Part shown: positions 1 through 11,700 of the stretch, one piece after another
Numbering within the stretch: the stretch's first letter is position 1
Layout: every line of letters begins with the position of its first letter
Notes under the pieces: model-generated
Database searches by the model: none
What the model saw: the letters and a program-made list of their open reading frames with translations, nothing else
Told to the model about the DNA's origin: nothing
Assembly (NCBI GenBank): GCA_000004985.1
Contig: GG738928.1
Length of the DNA: 64,000 nucleotides
Reading direction: 5' to 3' (one strand)
DNA from: Naegleria gruberi
Lineage: Eukaryota
Translations under genes and position numbers: made by a program

Positions 1-609
1 AAAATGATTGGCAGTTTGACAATCTCCATGCTCGTGTTTTCAATTCTCAGTCAAGTAAATATCAAGGAGAGAAAAGAACTTCTTTGTAAGGTTATTGATT
101 TGAGCTTGGAATTATTCAATTTGAACAACTTTTTTGGAGTGGATTATGTGTTGCAAGCTCTACAGCATTCATCTGTGAAGAGATTGGAGCACACTTGGAA
201 AGAAATTGATAGGAAAAAGATTCAACAATATGAAAAGCTGTGCTATGATATGGAACACGATTATAGGAAAATTACAATACAGCTCGCAAGAAATAATGCA
301 ATCCTCATTCCAGTGTTTATGGAACATTTCAAGGATATTCGATCTGTGGATGAAGCGTTCGAGAATGTCATTCAGGACGAGCAGGGAAATCAACTCATTC
401 ATTGGAAGAAAGTATCATTCCTCTATTCAACCATTATTGAACCACTCTCATACAAATGTTATCCACCCTTACTCTTTCAAAAAGTTTTTCAAATCCAACA
501 AATTCTTAAACGAGAATACATCCAAAACTTTAACTTTTCCTTTGAATTATTCATGAAAGATAGTTATGCAAGAGAAGGTTCTTCAACTCCAAGAAAGGAT
601 ATTTTATAA
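1..609 (+). CDS. 3' end (partial, continues upstream of the window) of a RasGEF (CDC25-homology) domain protein
   Basis: The frame is open from base 4 and matches the C-terminal half of RasGEF catalytic domains (N.FxxV..AL....V.RL..TW...; IP; KD...V.E; G..LI.W.K; E.L.Y..PY). The stop is at 607-609. Confidence 0.5.
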   Translation, partial: KMIGSLTISMLVFSILSQVNIKERKELLCKVIDLSLELFNLNNFFGVDYVLQALQHSSVKRLEHTWKEIDRKKIQQYEKLCYDMEHDYRKITIQLARNNAILIPVFMEHFKDIRSVDEAFENVIQDEQGNQLIHWKKVSFLYSTIIEPLSYKCYPPLLFQKVFQIQQILKREYIQNFNFSFELFMKDSYAREGSSTPRKDIL

Positions 610-642
610 AAGTCAATCTATAACAATATGCCACTCAGCTCT

Positions 643-1868
643 TTACATGAAGGCCATCACCAACACTGTAGCACAAGTAACAACCAATAAGGAAATGATA
701 CTGTGGAGAGATTCATTACCGTTAGCTCTAGCACTTGTGGCAGTGGTAGTATTCTTATTATTAATAGTACTGGTGGTTGGGGTGTTTCCTCCATTGTTGT
801 TGTTATTACAGACATAGTTAGGAGTATAAATTAATTGAGTGGATTGACCATTGCATGAATCAGTGGCAGTTGTCCAATCCCTCATAATCTTTCCAGCTCT
901 TCGAACCATTTCAAATGCAGTGCCTGGAACTTTCTTCAATTGATTCAAATCATCACTGTCCCATTTATCATTTGGTTCTCCAGTAATGAAATAACTGGAT
1001 CCTTGATCAGCAAAAATCATTCCATACTTTTTCAATGCTTTCAAAATGATCAATGATTGACCAGTGTAAGTTGATAAATCAAAAGAAGCTTTCAATCTGA
1101 ATCTAGCTCCATAAGGAAGATAGGATGCATCTTTGGTTGAACCATAATGTTTGGCAGGTGGAATATAAGCTCTCTGAGCAGTTGGGAGTGTGAAACGAAC
1201 TGCATGAGTGATATTACCAGCAGCAACTTCAGAATATCTCACCAAACCAGGGAAAATTGGCAATCCAGCTGCATCAGCTGAAGTGATTGACAATTCATTT
1301 GGATAACGGAACATACTGGCATTTCTCATATTTAAATCAAATTTAGCATTGGATCCACATGTCCAAGAATCACTTCCTGCAACAGAGGCAAACATTTCAT
1401 AGAGAATACAATTATCTGTATCAACTACAATAACATGTCTATATATTGAAATTCATTTAACATTTCAATAAATAGATATACTACTTACGAATCTGTTGGG
1501 CCTTCAACCTTACTATTCAATGGAATTGGTGCTGATGTGAAATCTGATTCGTCTGGAGCACCATCAGCAGAGAATTTAATTGGAACCTTAGCAACAGAAT
1601 TGCCCTTAACAATATTCCAAGGAATACCTGCACTAACTGTTTGTGTTCCATCAAAATATGGACCACTGAAATCTGCCTTCAAATTACCTGAATATTTGGC
1701 AATGTAACATGAACTCATATAGTCGACTGGGTCATTGGAAATCTCACGATTCCATTCGTCATCTGGTGGAAAGATGTTGCAATTGCCAACCTTTGGTGGA
1801 TTACATGCATGGGTAACACTAGTAGCCAGTGTGAGAACTAGCATCACACAAATTACTTGTTTAAACAT
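643..1868 (-). CDS. Secreted protein of unknown family with Ser/Thr/Asn-rich stalk and hydrophobic C-terminus (GPI-anchor-like). Two exons (1489..1868, 643..1438) with a 50-nt intron (1439..1488).
   Basis: ATG at 1868 is preceded by an A-run. An N-terminal signal peptide (MFKQVICVMLVLTLATSVTHA) is present. The donor GTAAGT and acceptor ATAG join two ORFs in phase. The C-terminus is NNNNNGGNTPTTST... followed by a hydrophobic tail. Confidence 0.55.
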
Positions 1869-1886
1869 TTTTTTCTTCTCTAACAA

Positions 1887-1952
1887 GATCTATTAATGAA
1901 TGACAGATCTGGTTATTCATAAACTTGATCTATTAATGAATGACAGATCTGG
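1887..1952. promoter_or_regulatory. Two copies of a 26-bp direct repeat (gatctattaatgaatgacagatctgg; 1887-1912 and 1927-1952), each flanked by AGATCT palindromes, in the leader just upstream of the ATG at 1868
   Basis: The repeat is exact and read directly from the sequence. The copies start 40 bp apart. The position is 19-85 bp 5' of the minus-strand start codon. Confidence 0.6.
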
Positions 1953-2809
1953 TCAGATTATTTCCATGAACTTTGAAAGTTGAAAAGAGATCTCCCATAA
2001 AATTTAATGATATTGCTAGGTTATCAGATGAAGAATGTAAGAACTGTTTAGATGTTGTTTCAAAAGGCTACTAGATTAACAATACTACCAAATTGAGGAG
2101 AACAAGATCATAGTTAATGCCCAACAGGAGTAATTTGCTACTGATAATATGATGTTTAAAAGATGATGAAAGGATTCCTTCGGATTGTCTAAAATACAAC
2201 AAAATCGCCAGGCTGTTTGCATAACAATATTTTCTTCAACATGGTGCCGAGTAGATGTGTAGGCTATTTTTTTTCTTAATAATTAAGAAAAAAATTATTT
2301 CTGGTTGGTTTAAAATATAAAAATGTAACGGTAAATTTTGGAGCGTTCAACACTACAAATCAATCATCTTACTAACTTGAACTTCAATCCATTCAAGGTT
2401 CATCAATATCAATCTCTTTGATTTTCCTCAATGAACAAGGAATATCAAATTTGCGCCAAGAAACAAAACCCTTTACTGTGTCTTTCCCTTCTTCTCTAGC
2501 GTTGAACCTGCAGAACTCGCGTCCAAAAATAGCGCCCTACGAAAAATCGAAGAACAACACGAAAAGAATCAAGTGCAATGAAACGTTGAGCGGCAAATGA
2601 CGATAATCCATTTAATAGTAGAAAAAAAGAAAACAACATCAAAGCCTCTCTTTCCTCATCGTTACGTACACACAAACGTTTGCGCTCGCAGCGAAATCAA
2701 ATTCTCTCTTCTCAATCATTTTTTTTTTACAGTGCTACACAACCTTCTACAAGTTCTAGGCTTGTTCCAAACAATAATTTATTAAAACCTTCTTCCAACA
2801 CACAACAAA

Positions 2810-4057
2810 ATGAATGATAATCAAATCATGATGAATTTCCAAGTTGAAGAGTTTTCAAAGAGCTTGCAAACTTTCAATAATTGTCCTGATAATGAAGATT
2901 ATTCTAATAGTTTCTTATCAATATTTTTGGGAAGTGAAACAAGAGATCAAATTATTCAAGAAATTTTGAAACATGTCAGAGTGAAAGTTGAATGTTTACC
3001 AACTGGTTTTCAAGAAAATCAATTCTTCTCACCAGCACAGACAAAATACTCTTGTTATGTGAACGATCAAATCAGAATATCAGTTAATTTTGATGACAAA
3101 TATTTAGATTCTCTTTCACAAGGACAAAATGTTTGCGATTCAAGTAATTCACCTAATTATTTCTGTTCCATGTTAATGGAAAAGTGTAATATTCAACTTG
3201 TTTCCTTCGTTGAAGGAACAAACTTCGAGAATACAGTCACCGAGTTGACTACAGAACTATCCAAGCTGGGAATGAATAGTGATAGCAATCAAAGAGTTGT
3301 TACTTTCCATATTCCAAGACCTCTTCAGAAAAGAGGAAAGAAAAAGGAAAGAGCCAGTTCTGTTTCAAAAAAGATTGGGTTTATTCAAGTCATCCACTCT
3401 GATTCCAAGAAGATTGTCTGTAGATCTGATAATATTTGGATACGGTCAAAATCTAGAGAGGAAATGGAAACAAAGAAAAGAAGAGCTAACAATACCCTTT
3501 CTAAAAAGGTTAAAAAGAGAAAGATCAAATCAGATAATGATGAGAATCAAGATTCTAACAAACCAGACTCTACTAAACCAGATCTTTCCAAACCATCCCT
3601 CCAAGCACCTGCTCCAGCTCCAACAACCTCCAAACCAGCTCAAGAAATTCCAGATCTCAAACCTAAACTTGAATTCCCTTTCCTTCCAGTCATGCCAACT
3701 TACTTACCTAACTTTATGAATCCTAACCTTCTTTCAATGATTCCAGTCAATCCATGTTGTAGTCTAATTCCTGTGCAGACATATTTTGATCCTTCCCTTT
3801 CCAATCAATTCTCCACCACTGTAAATTATTTCTGCCAAGCTAATGCTGATATTCTTGAATTAACACAACCAAACACAGATGAATTTGATTTTGATTTCGA
3901 TTTTGAAAAGGGTGAGGAGCTGAAAAGTCCTCTTTCTGATATTTCATCAAAGCAATGTGAAATCAATGATAATTTATGGGGAGAGGTTTCTCCTCTTTCA
4001 GATTCAATTTTTGGTGCTGAAGATGATGTCTTTGGAGCTAACATATTTGAATTTTAA
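2810..4057 (+). CDS. Hypothetical protein (415 aa) with a basic NLS-like stretch (KKRRANNTLSKKVKKRKIK), Pro/Ser-rich linker and acidic FDFDFDF C-terminus; possibly nuclear
   Basis: Intact ATG-initiated ORF with an A-rich leader. No recognisable catalytic domain. Confidence 0.45.
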   Translation: MNDNQIMMNFQVEEFSKSLQTFNNCPDNEDYSNSFLSIFLGSETRDQIIQEILKHVRVKVECLPTGFQENQFFSPAQTKYSCYVNDQIRISVNFDDKYLDSLSQGQNVCDSSNSPNYFCSMLMEKCNIQLVSFVEGTNFENTVTELTTELSKLGMNSDSNQRVVTFHIPRPLQKRGKKKERASSVSKKIGFIQVIHSDSKKIVCRSDNIWIRSKSREEMETKKRRANNTLSKKVKKRKIKSDNDENQDSNKPDSTKPDLSKPSLQAPAPAPTTSKPAQEIPDLKPKLEFPFLPVMPTYLPNFMNPNLLSMIPVNPCCSLIPVQTYFDPSLSNQFSTTVNYFCQANADILELTQPNTDEFDFDFDFEKGEELKSPLSDISSKQCEINDNLWGEVSPLSDSIFGAEDDVFGANIFEF

Positions 4058-4386
4058 TATTTACAAATTATTTATTTTCAATATTACAAAAACTGATAAT
4101 CAATATCTGCGTTTTGAGAATAAAAATTAGATAGGATGCTTCACGCAAACAGAAGTCAGTGAAAAATGAGAGAACGTGTTTTTTCAAGAGAATTGAATAA
4201 TTTTTCAGTTTTATTTGAAAACTATTAAGATTGGAGAAATCAAAAAAAACAAGAAAACGCTCTCAAATATGATAACCACCAAGATTTCAAATCTTAAAGC
4301 CAAAAAAAATAGCAATTATCAAGAAAATTCCTACAGAAATAAAAAAAATCATATTCTTCGTTCCAATCTTTGAGTAACCTGGTAAT

Positions 4387-7245
4387 TCAATCTTCATTAA
4401 TTCCAAATTGAAAGTCTTTTGAGGAACTATCTTTTGGTAGTGTGTCGAANNNNNNNNNNNNNNNNNNNNNNNNNNNNNNNNNNNNNNNNNNNNNNNNNNT
4501 TGAATATCTGAATAGGTTTGATAAAAATGTAGTATCACATGGACAACCACTGAGATTCAACTCATCCAGTGTCTGGAAGTACATGTACATAATATTAGAA
4601 AAAATTTTAGGAAATTCAATATTTGAAAGATCCAATGTTTTCAAACATGCAAATTCCTGTAAAAATGTTCTAAACGAATCACTGTAAATTGGATTGATAT
4701 CTGTACTCATATCACCTGTTATATTGTTCAATTTGACATTCTCAATGGAAGGGGAATAACTCAATGAATGAGCAATTGAAAAAAGAGCAGGTGGTGACTT
4801 GTTTCCAGTGAATTTGAATGTCTTCAGATTCTTCTTAGCTAGTAAGCTATCTCCAATTCTTTGTGTCCCTCTTTCTCCAATATCACAATGAGAAAGATCT
4901 AAATAGGTTAGATTAGGGCAGTTTTTCAATTTTTTCAAAAAATCGGCAAGATATGAGACACCGTTATCCCCAATCTTGTTGTTGCTAAAGTCTAATATTT
5001 TCAATGATGGAAAGTTAATATAGAATGAAGAGAGATCTGATCCTGTAATCTTTGAATCATGAAATATCAAGCTCTCTATTAATGCTCTTCTAGAATAATC
5101 ACTCTTAATAGAATAAAAGAATGTCTCAAAGTCTGCTCCTTTATCCTTTTCCTGATACTCGATATTCCAATGTTTGAGAATTATTGTACTAATTGGAAGG
5201 GATGATAATATTTTCGTCAAAACATCTTGGCAACCATTGAACCAACAAGTCTCCAAACATTTGCATTTAGAATATCTGCTAATCATTCCAGAAAGGAGAA
5301 TGAAATTATTTCTTTCAGCCATTTCACGAAGAGTTCTGCTCATCGACTTTTGTAAATATAATTGCATCCATGCGTCTTTCATCTCCTTTAAATAGTAAGG
5401 AAGTTTTGAAATTCTCCATTTTGAATTGCAAGCAATTTTCCATTCTTGTTCTGATGTAAGTTTTGGCAAATCTTCTAGAACTATGTGTTTTCTAAAATTT
5501 GTTGGAGGTTTTCCATGGTAGCCTTTTTGTAAACTACTCTGAATGCAGGATTTGAGTAGTTCAATAACACTATCATGAGTTTCAAATACATGGAGAGATG
5601 ACATTTCATTCAGTAACTTGAAGAAGGTTTTAAAGTCATTCATCTTTTCAATTTGGTTCAATTTTTCTATGAACGAATCTATGGATTGATAAGGCAATAT
5701 TCCACAATTTTCATTCATAAATTTAGAAATACTTTCAATAGAGTTAAAATCGGAAAAGATCTGGATAAAGTAAATGTGTAATGTGAGTTCTTTCAACCTC
5801 TTTCTGATACTTTTGAAAGAATAGGACACTCTGTCGTCATCAGTTACTTCAGCACATTGAAAATCTGCAATTTCCTTGTAGCTCTTCAAAATATTCTTAA
5901 CATATCTTGTCAAGAATTCTCTAACATAGATATCATACAAATCTTTCCAATCAAATTTTGAAAATGGAATTAGCATTACAAAGTTTAACAAATCTCCAAC
6001 TTTTTCTTTTGATCTTTCTTCACTTCTAATAAAGGAATCAATAGAGCTATTAATCAATTCACTAATCTCTGGAATTTCCTTAATCGCCTCGATCATCAAT
6101 CTGAAAAATCTCAAGCAAGCCATAAATGCATTGGTGGTCTTTTCTCTCTGATCAACCATTTGAAGCAAACAATTAGACATCAATCGAGGAAGAATTTCAA
6201 TAACTTGTTCTGGTGAAAAATCTATCTTTTTCGAATGGGAACTGGACAAATTAGCTAATGAAGATTTGGTAACGTGAAGAACCTTCTTGATATGAATTTC
6301 ATCATTTGTTTCTGTAAGGATTGGTATCCAGTGTGTAAATGAAGTTTTCTCTCTTGACATTCCTCTCACATTATAATTCATGAACGCTCTCAATGAAAGA
6401 ATATCCAGAGAGCAATATATAGAACATATTTCCAATGATTTTGCGTTTCTCTTTTTACAGTTAATTCCATAGCCAACAAGATCACTTGTTTTGGTAAAGA
6501 AGCAAACTGAATCTGAGTTGGCTAACACTTTCTCAACTTTACAATTCATTCTTTTGAAACCATCATCTTCCTCTCTAGATACAAATGGAGGAGAAGGTAA
6601 ATGATTAGAATGGCCAACTTTTCTATTAACATATGCTTTGGCATGTGACATTGACCATTCCTGAGCTGACAAGTATTCTTCCTTTTTTTCCTCAAAAGTC
6701 TTTGGATCCTGAATATTTGACAATACTCTAGTCACATCTGCTCCATCATATAAAAACGTTTGCAACTGCATCAAGATTGAATGAACAGAATAAATTGGTT
6801 TCCACTCCTCAAGAAAATCCAAACAAATCCTATCAGAATCGACCACATTAGGATGTTCCATCCTCGTACACAATCGAATAGTGGGCGCCTCCATTGGATA
6901 ATTCTCACTAAACTTGATCACTGCATGAAAAACCACACCATCATACATGGTATCTGAATTTCCTCGAATATTTACGTGCCACATCATGAAATCCCTCTCA
7001 TCATCCACCTGAAAATTCATCTCCCGATAAATATTCATTATTTTCAAATTATCGAGAGCCTTCTTCTTCTTGATCGGAGCTGGACATGCACTCACATGAC
7101 TCAGTGGATTTTCTTGAATGTATTTAAATTCGGAATATAATCTTTTCAAGGCTAAAATTGGAGAAGTTTTACAATGTTTGTAACTATTCGGATCTGAATT
7201 TGCTTTCGAACGTGCATTGGGCTTGATCTTTTGGTGTTGAGACAT
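4387..7245 (-). CDS. Ubiquitin-conjugating enzyme (UBC/E2) domain fused to a long C-terminal region ending in RNI-type leucine-rich repeats. The 3' end is interrupted by a 50-N scaffold gap (4450..4499).
   Basis: The N-terminus has the UBC fold motifs (...GNSDTMYDGVVFHAVIKF..YPMEAPTIRL.TRMEHPNVVDSDRICLDFLEEWKP.YSV.SIL..LQ) with the catalytic Cys retained. The C-terminus has repeated L..LDLS.N.IGD.G...L-type LRRs. ATG at 7245. Confidence 0.6.
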   Translation of the reverse strand: MSQHQKIKPNARSKANSDPNSYKHCKTSPILALKRLYSEFKYIQENPLSHVSACPAPIKKKKALDNLKIMNIYREMNFQVDDERDFMMWHVNIRGNSDTMYDGVVFHAVIKFSENYPMEAPTIRLCTRMEHPNVVDSDRICLDFLEEWKPIYSVHSILMQLQTFLYDGADVTRVLSNIQDPKTFEEKKEEYLSAQEWSMSHAKAYVNRKVGHSNHLPSPPFVSREEDDGFKRMNCKVEKVLANSDSVCFFTKTSDLVGYGINCKKRNAKSLEICSIYCSLDILSLRAFMNYNVRGMSREKTSFTHWIPILTETNDEIHIKKVLHVTKSSLANLSSSHSKKIDFSPEQVIEILPRLMSNCLLQMVDQREKTTNAFMACLRFFRLMIEAIKEIPEISELINSSIDSFIRSEERSKEKVGDLLNFVMLIPFSKFDWKDLYDIYVREFLTRYVKNILKSYKEIADFQCAEVTDDDRVSYSFKSIRKRLKELTLHIYFIQIFSDFNSIESISKFMNENCGILPYQSIDSFIEKLNQIEKMNDFKTFFKLLNEMSSLHVFETHDSVIELLKSCIQSSLQKGYHGKPPTNFRKHIVLEDLPKLTSEQEWKIACNSKWRISKLPYYLKEMKDAWMQLYLQKSMSRTLREMAERNNFILLSGMISRYSKCKCLETCWFNGCQDVLTKILSSLPISTIILKHWNIEYQEKDKGADFETFFYSIKSDYSRRALIESLIFHDSKITGSDLSSFYINFPSLKILDFSNNKIGDNGVSYLADFLKKLKNCPNLTYLDLSHCDIGERGTQRIGDSLLAKKNLKTFKFTGNKSPPALFSIAHSLSYSPSIENVKLNNITGDMSTDINPIYSDSFRTFLQEFACLKTLDLSNIEFPKIFSNIMYMYFQTLDELNLSGCPCDTTFLSNLFRYSXXXXXXXXXXXXXXXXXFDTLPKDSSSKDFQFGINED
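4450..4499. other. Assembly gap (50 N)
   Basis: Run of N. Confidence 1.
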
Positions 7246-7607
7246 TTTTTTGAATGTTTTTAGCGGAAATTAAGATTTTTGAAAATTTTATAAATTGAGT
7301 TGAACTTTGAAATATAATTGAAATGATTTTAATGGAATTTCCATCTTTACAAAAAGACACGAAAATATTGAGACGTTGGAGAGTGTCACTGTGGGTCATG
7401 ATCGATGAAATTTGAAATGGAATCTTCAAATTGTAATGTTTAAAGAGAGATGGTTTCACTAGTGAATTTTGATTTACTCTTTTTTTTCAATCTTGTTTTT
7501 TAATATTTCTGAATTTTAGGTTAAAATGAGTTTTGGCGGGAAAATAAAGATTATTCACTTGAAACTTTGTAAAATAATTTAATGTACCTTGGAAATTATT
7601 TGAAACA

Positions 7608-8318
7608 TTATTTGGAAAGACCATCTTTGAGGAGTTTTTCCATCTTTTCGTCAAATTCTTTTTGAAGTTTATCCTTGTCTTGTTGTTCTTTTCTGGTAGA
7701 AACATATCCATTGACTCCTTCACGAATTATAACTTCAGTTTCTAATAGAATAGTTTCGTCTTGTTTCACAAATTTAGATTTGAATTGAATGGAGCTTCTG
7801 TTATTTTGCAAAACATTTTCTTCAATATTTTCAAAAATCAGAATTGATTCGAATAAAGCATTTCCATTTTCATTTCTAATAATCAACTTGACATTTTTAC
7901 ATTCAATATTCGAAATGATAGATAAATCCGAACAAAAACTCTTTAAAAATTCTTCATTATTAACATTTTCATCAGAAATGTTAAAAATAATTTCACAATC
8001 CTGCACAGCATCCAATTGTAAAGTGTTAATTTTGTGTGAACAATTTGATTCCAGCAAAATTTTGCTAGATTTACATTTCATCACTTCTACAAATCCTGTT
8101 GTGATGGAATTTACATTAAAAGTAATAGTAGAATCATTATTAGAATCTAGAATAATCTTCATGCATCGGGTTCCAGTTAATTTAATATTGGAATTTGTGC
8201 TGTTGGAAACATAGAGAAGATCATTTGATTGGAAGGAAGTTTCTTCTACTGTTGTATTGTTGTGAGTGATAAATTGTTGAGTTCTTCTAGCAAATGGTGA
8301 TTGAGGAATAAATGTCAT
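7608..8318 (-). CDS. TBCC/CARP (C-CAP/cofactor C-like beta-helix) domain protein, 236 aa
   Basis: Repeated I.L.NC....I.....V.V..C.. beta-helix rungs typical of tubulin cofactor C / RP2 / CAP C-terminal domains. ATG at 8318. Confidence 0.45.
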   Translation of the reverse strand: MTFIPQSPFARRTQQFITHNNTTVEETSFQSNDLLYVSNSTNSNIKLTGTRCMKIILDSNNDSTITFNVNSITTGFVEVMKCKSSKILLESNCSHKINTLQLDAVQDCEIIFNISDENVNNEEFLKSFCSDLSIISNIECKNVKLIIRNENGNALFESILIFENIEENVLQNNRSSIQFKSKFVKQDETILLETEVIIREGVNGYVSTRKEQQDKDKLQKEFDEKMEKLLKDGLSK

Positions 8319-8508
8319 TTTTTTTTAACTGCTCGAAAGTTGACAGCTTTAATGACAAGTTTATTTTCTATTTAAAATCAATTGATTTCCTCAAGTTAAA
8401 TGAAGGATTTGTCACTAAATCATACTTTTCATTCAAAGGTAAAATGAACAAATAGATTTGCCGACTAATTTGGAAGTAATAGCGTCTTAGTTTTTACTCA
8501 TAGTTGAC

Positions 8509-8581
8509 AAGCGCATAGCTCAGTCGGGAGAGCAGCAGACCCATAAGCTGCAGGTCAGAGGTTCAATTCCTCTTGTTGTTT
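8509..8581 (+). tRNA. tRNA-Met (anticodon CAT)-like; possibly a pseudogene or a diverged initiator-like tRNA
   Basis: A box (TAGCTCAGTCGGGAGAGC) and B box (GGTTCAATTCC) are good. The anticodon loop is CCCATAA and the 1:72 pair is A:T, both initiator-like. The acceptor stem has 2 mismatches (AAGCGCA/TGTTGTT) and the anticodon stem has an A:G mismatch. Confidence 0.5.
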
Positions 8582-8766
8582 GTCTTTTCTCAATCTAGTT
8601 CTTCGATCTTTCAATAAACATAAAGGGAATTTTGCAACTAAAGATTAAACTCCAATTAAAGGAAAAACAACGCTGGTTTACTAATAATTCTAACAAAATG
8701 ATTTATTTAACATTCCAATATGTTAGGATTCAGAATCAATTTCATAATAACAATCCTTGTCTCTTC

Positions 8767-11700
8767 TTAAATCAATTTCGAATCATTCAACAAATTTTCT
8801 CTGGTTTTACCAGAATTTTCATAAAAAACAAACTCATCTGTTGTAGTAAATCTGGAAAAGGTATCATTCAAGTTGATAATAATCTGATCTTGTAGTGAGC
8901 TGATTGATTGTTGCAATTTTTCATGGAATGCTTCTGGTATTTCCTTTTCATTCTTTGATTTCATTTCTTGATTGTTCTTGGCAGAGTTGACCAATTCACT
9001 AAGTGATTTTCTCATTTGTTTGAATTCGTTTCTAGTTTCGGATGGAATGTTAACTTCCTTAATGGAGCCACTTTCAATATAATTGGTAAATAATTCTTCA
9101 ATCAATGAATTCACAGAGTCAATTCTGTCATTTGCTTTGATTAACTCTTGGAGTTGTTTCAGTTCCAAATATAAATGCAAGTTTTCTAATGAATATTCCT
9201 TTTTACAGAATGATTCGAATAGTTTCAGACCTTCTCTATTCGATAGTAATTGTTCCAATTCATCCTTTTCTTCATTACTCGATTGGTTTCTAAAATTCTT
9301 TTGTTTGATGAAATGAACTAATCTCACAATAAGTGCAAATCCTCCAAATACCAACAAGTAACTAAACAAGTACAATATTTCAAATAGCAATGAAATTGAA
9401 TCGTTCACTCTTGAATTTACATCACCTCTCTTGTAACTCAAACCTGACAATCCAATAATTTGTGAAATTACCAAAAATGTAAAGCAAACAATAAATAAAA
9501 TCATTTCCACTCTAAAGTATAATGGAGTATCGAGTTGAATGAACCAATCATAAGCTCTCTTGATTGGAACTTTTGCCATTTTCTTGGCAGTTTCCTTATC
9601 AAACTTTTGTAAAGCTTCCTTGTTAAACGAAAGTGAACTATTTGATAAATTACTTGTTGATTTTTCATTACTATCCACAAGCATTTCAGATTCATTTCTA
9701 GAATTCAAAAGTGACATGATCACATCTAACAAAATCAATGCACATATAAGAAATCCCAATGATAAAATCATAATTGTAAACGAAATTGAAACAATGTAAG
9801 AATATTCGATTCCTGTAATGACACTCGTTCTCACAAGAATTACCCACAACGTCCAATACATTAGGTTCACGGTCATAAAGATTCCCATGATGGAAATCAT
9901 TGCTCTTGTGGAGAGGAAAATTCTAATCACTCTCAAAATTTTGTCTCCCTTTTGGTACAATTGACTAGTTCTATCATTTTGGTTCAATGAGAATTTAATG
10001 GATAATCTATGATAGAAATATTTGAGAATGTGAAATCTTGATGTCTGATACAAGTATGAAAACATTGCTGTCAAAGTCAAAGTGTTTACAATAATTGTAA
10101 TAACATTCGAAACAATATTCGATGCCAAATTACCATTTTCCAATTGAATCACCGTCGACTCTGTCAATCCCTCACTCTTCAATGATAATATCAACCCATT
10201 TCTAGTAGTATCCAACAAAATACTCCTCTGAACTATCAGAAATAGTCCACTTTCCACCACCAATGCAAACATTCCAATAAACGGAGTTACAAATCGACTC
10301 GCCAATGGTTGAGATTTTCGCATCACAATCAAGGCAACGAGAATTGAACTCGACAAGATGAAAAATAAAACACCAAATGAAATTTGTGCAATGTACAATT
10401 CGGATAATTGTTCGGCAGCCCTTAATGAATCAGTTGCGGTGTTATTAAGGGAGTTTTCGATAAAGGCAGCGAAGAGTGTGGTGTGCGTACATTTACAAAT
10501 TAAATCTCCGTTTGATTGTAAAGTGGAAAGCGAGCAGCCGCTGGAATCCCATTGTAAAGTTGTTTCATTCCAGAATTTACAAGTGATTTGAGATGAATTG
10601 AGAGAATTGATTGTTTGATTCAATATTGTAAAGTTAATTGAAATTGGTTGAGTCAATTCTGAAAGTGGTAATGTTTTACCTCCTAAATAAAGAGTGAAAT
10701 CTTTAGAGTTGGTCAATTGAGTTTGATTTGAAGTAAATAGAGGATTAGTATAGGTTATGAGTGATAATCCAACTTCCTTATTGTAGCCATCGTATTTTGT
10801 TAGAATGTAATCCGAATCTAAACTAATGTCGGAGAATTTTTCTAATTTAGTGCTGTTAGAATTCTTAATAAATGTTGAAACTGTTACATTAATCAAATCT
10901 GATGAATAAACTGTGGAAATAATAGATTCGGATAATAATTTGACCGATTGCTGCAATAATAGAACAGATGTCAATTGAGTACAAGTATTCGAAACATTTG
11001 AGAAACCAAAAGAAAGTAAATTACTTGCACTTGTCAAGGTTGTTTGTAAATCAGAATCTGAAATTCTTTGCTTTGTAACGTAGCCAAGAGTTTCCTTTTC
11101 TTTTTTGTAAATTTCATTAACTTGATTCAAATAATTTCCTAATTTGTCATTAATTGCTGTAGCAACCTCATTGGAAGAAGCTGATAAAGTAATTTGTTTC
11201 AGATTTTCCAAAGCAGTGGACGGATTGGAAATGTCAATTGTCATCTTATTGACAGACTCTACAAGTACTGAACTAGTTACTTCCTTTCTCAATTTTAAAC
11301 TTGTATCATATGGAAATACAGTTGCAATACTACCCATTCTTGCTTTCAAAACTTCTGAAGAATCGTCCAAATTTGCACTAATCGAAACTGAACTAATCGA
11401 TTGAGAATATTCAGTCCCCAACGCATCCAAACAAATTACAAACAATTCCAAACTTTGACTTGTAGCCAAACTTGTTTCATTCAAATAGGGAAGATACACA
11501 GAATCTCTTCCACTTGTCAAAAATTCTGAAATTCTAATCATTGAATTCTTAAATTTAAATCCAAAAGCAAATTTGAGAGGAGAAAGAAACAATCGACTCG
11601 CATTCGAATCTGTAAAATTCCAAGCACCTACAACTTCCTCAATAATAAAACTTGTTTTCAGTGCAACACCTGACAATGGTTGAATATTAACAATTGCCAT

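Noticed and set aside
4287-4687. ORFs spanning the N run
   Set aside because: These are artifacts of translating through the assembly gap.
7789-8214. 141-aa plus-strand ORF
   Set aside because: It is antisense to the TBCC-like gene and has no independent support.
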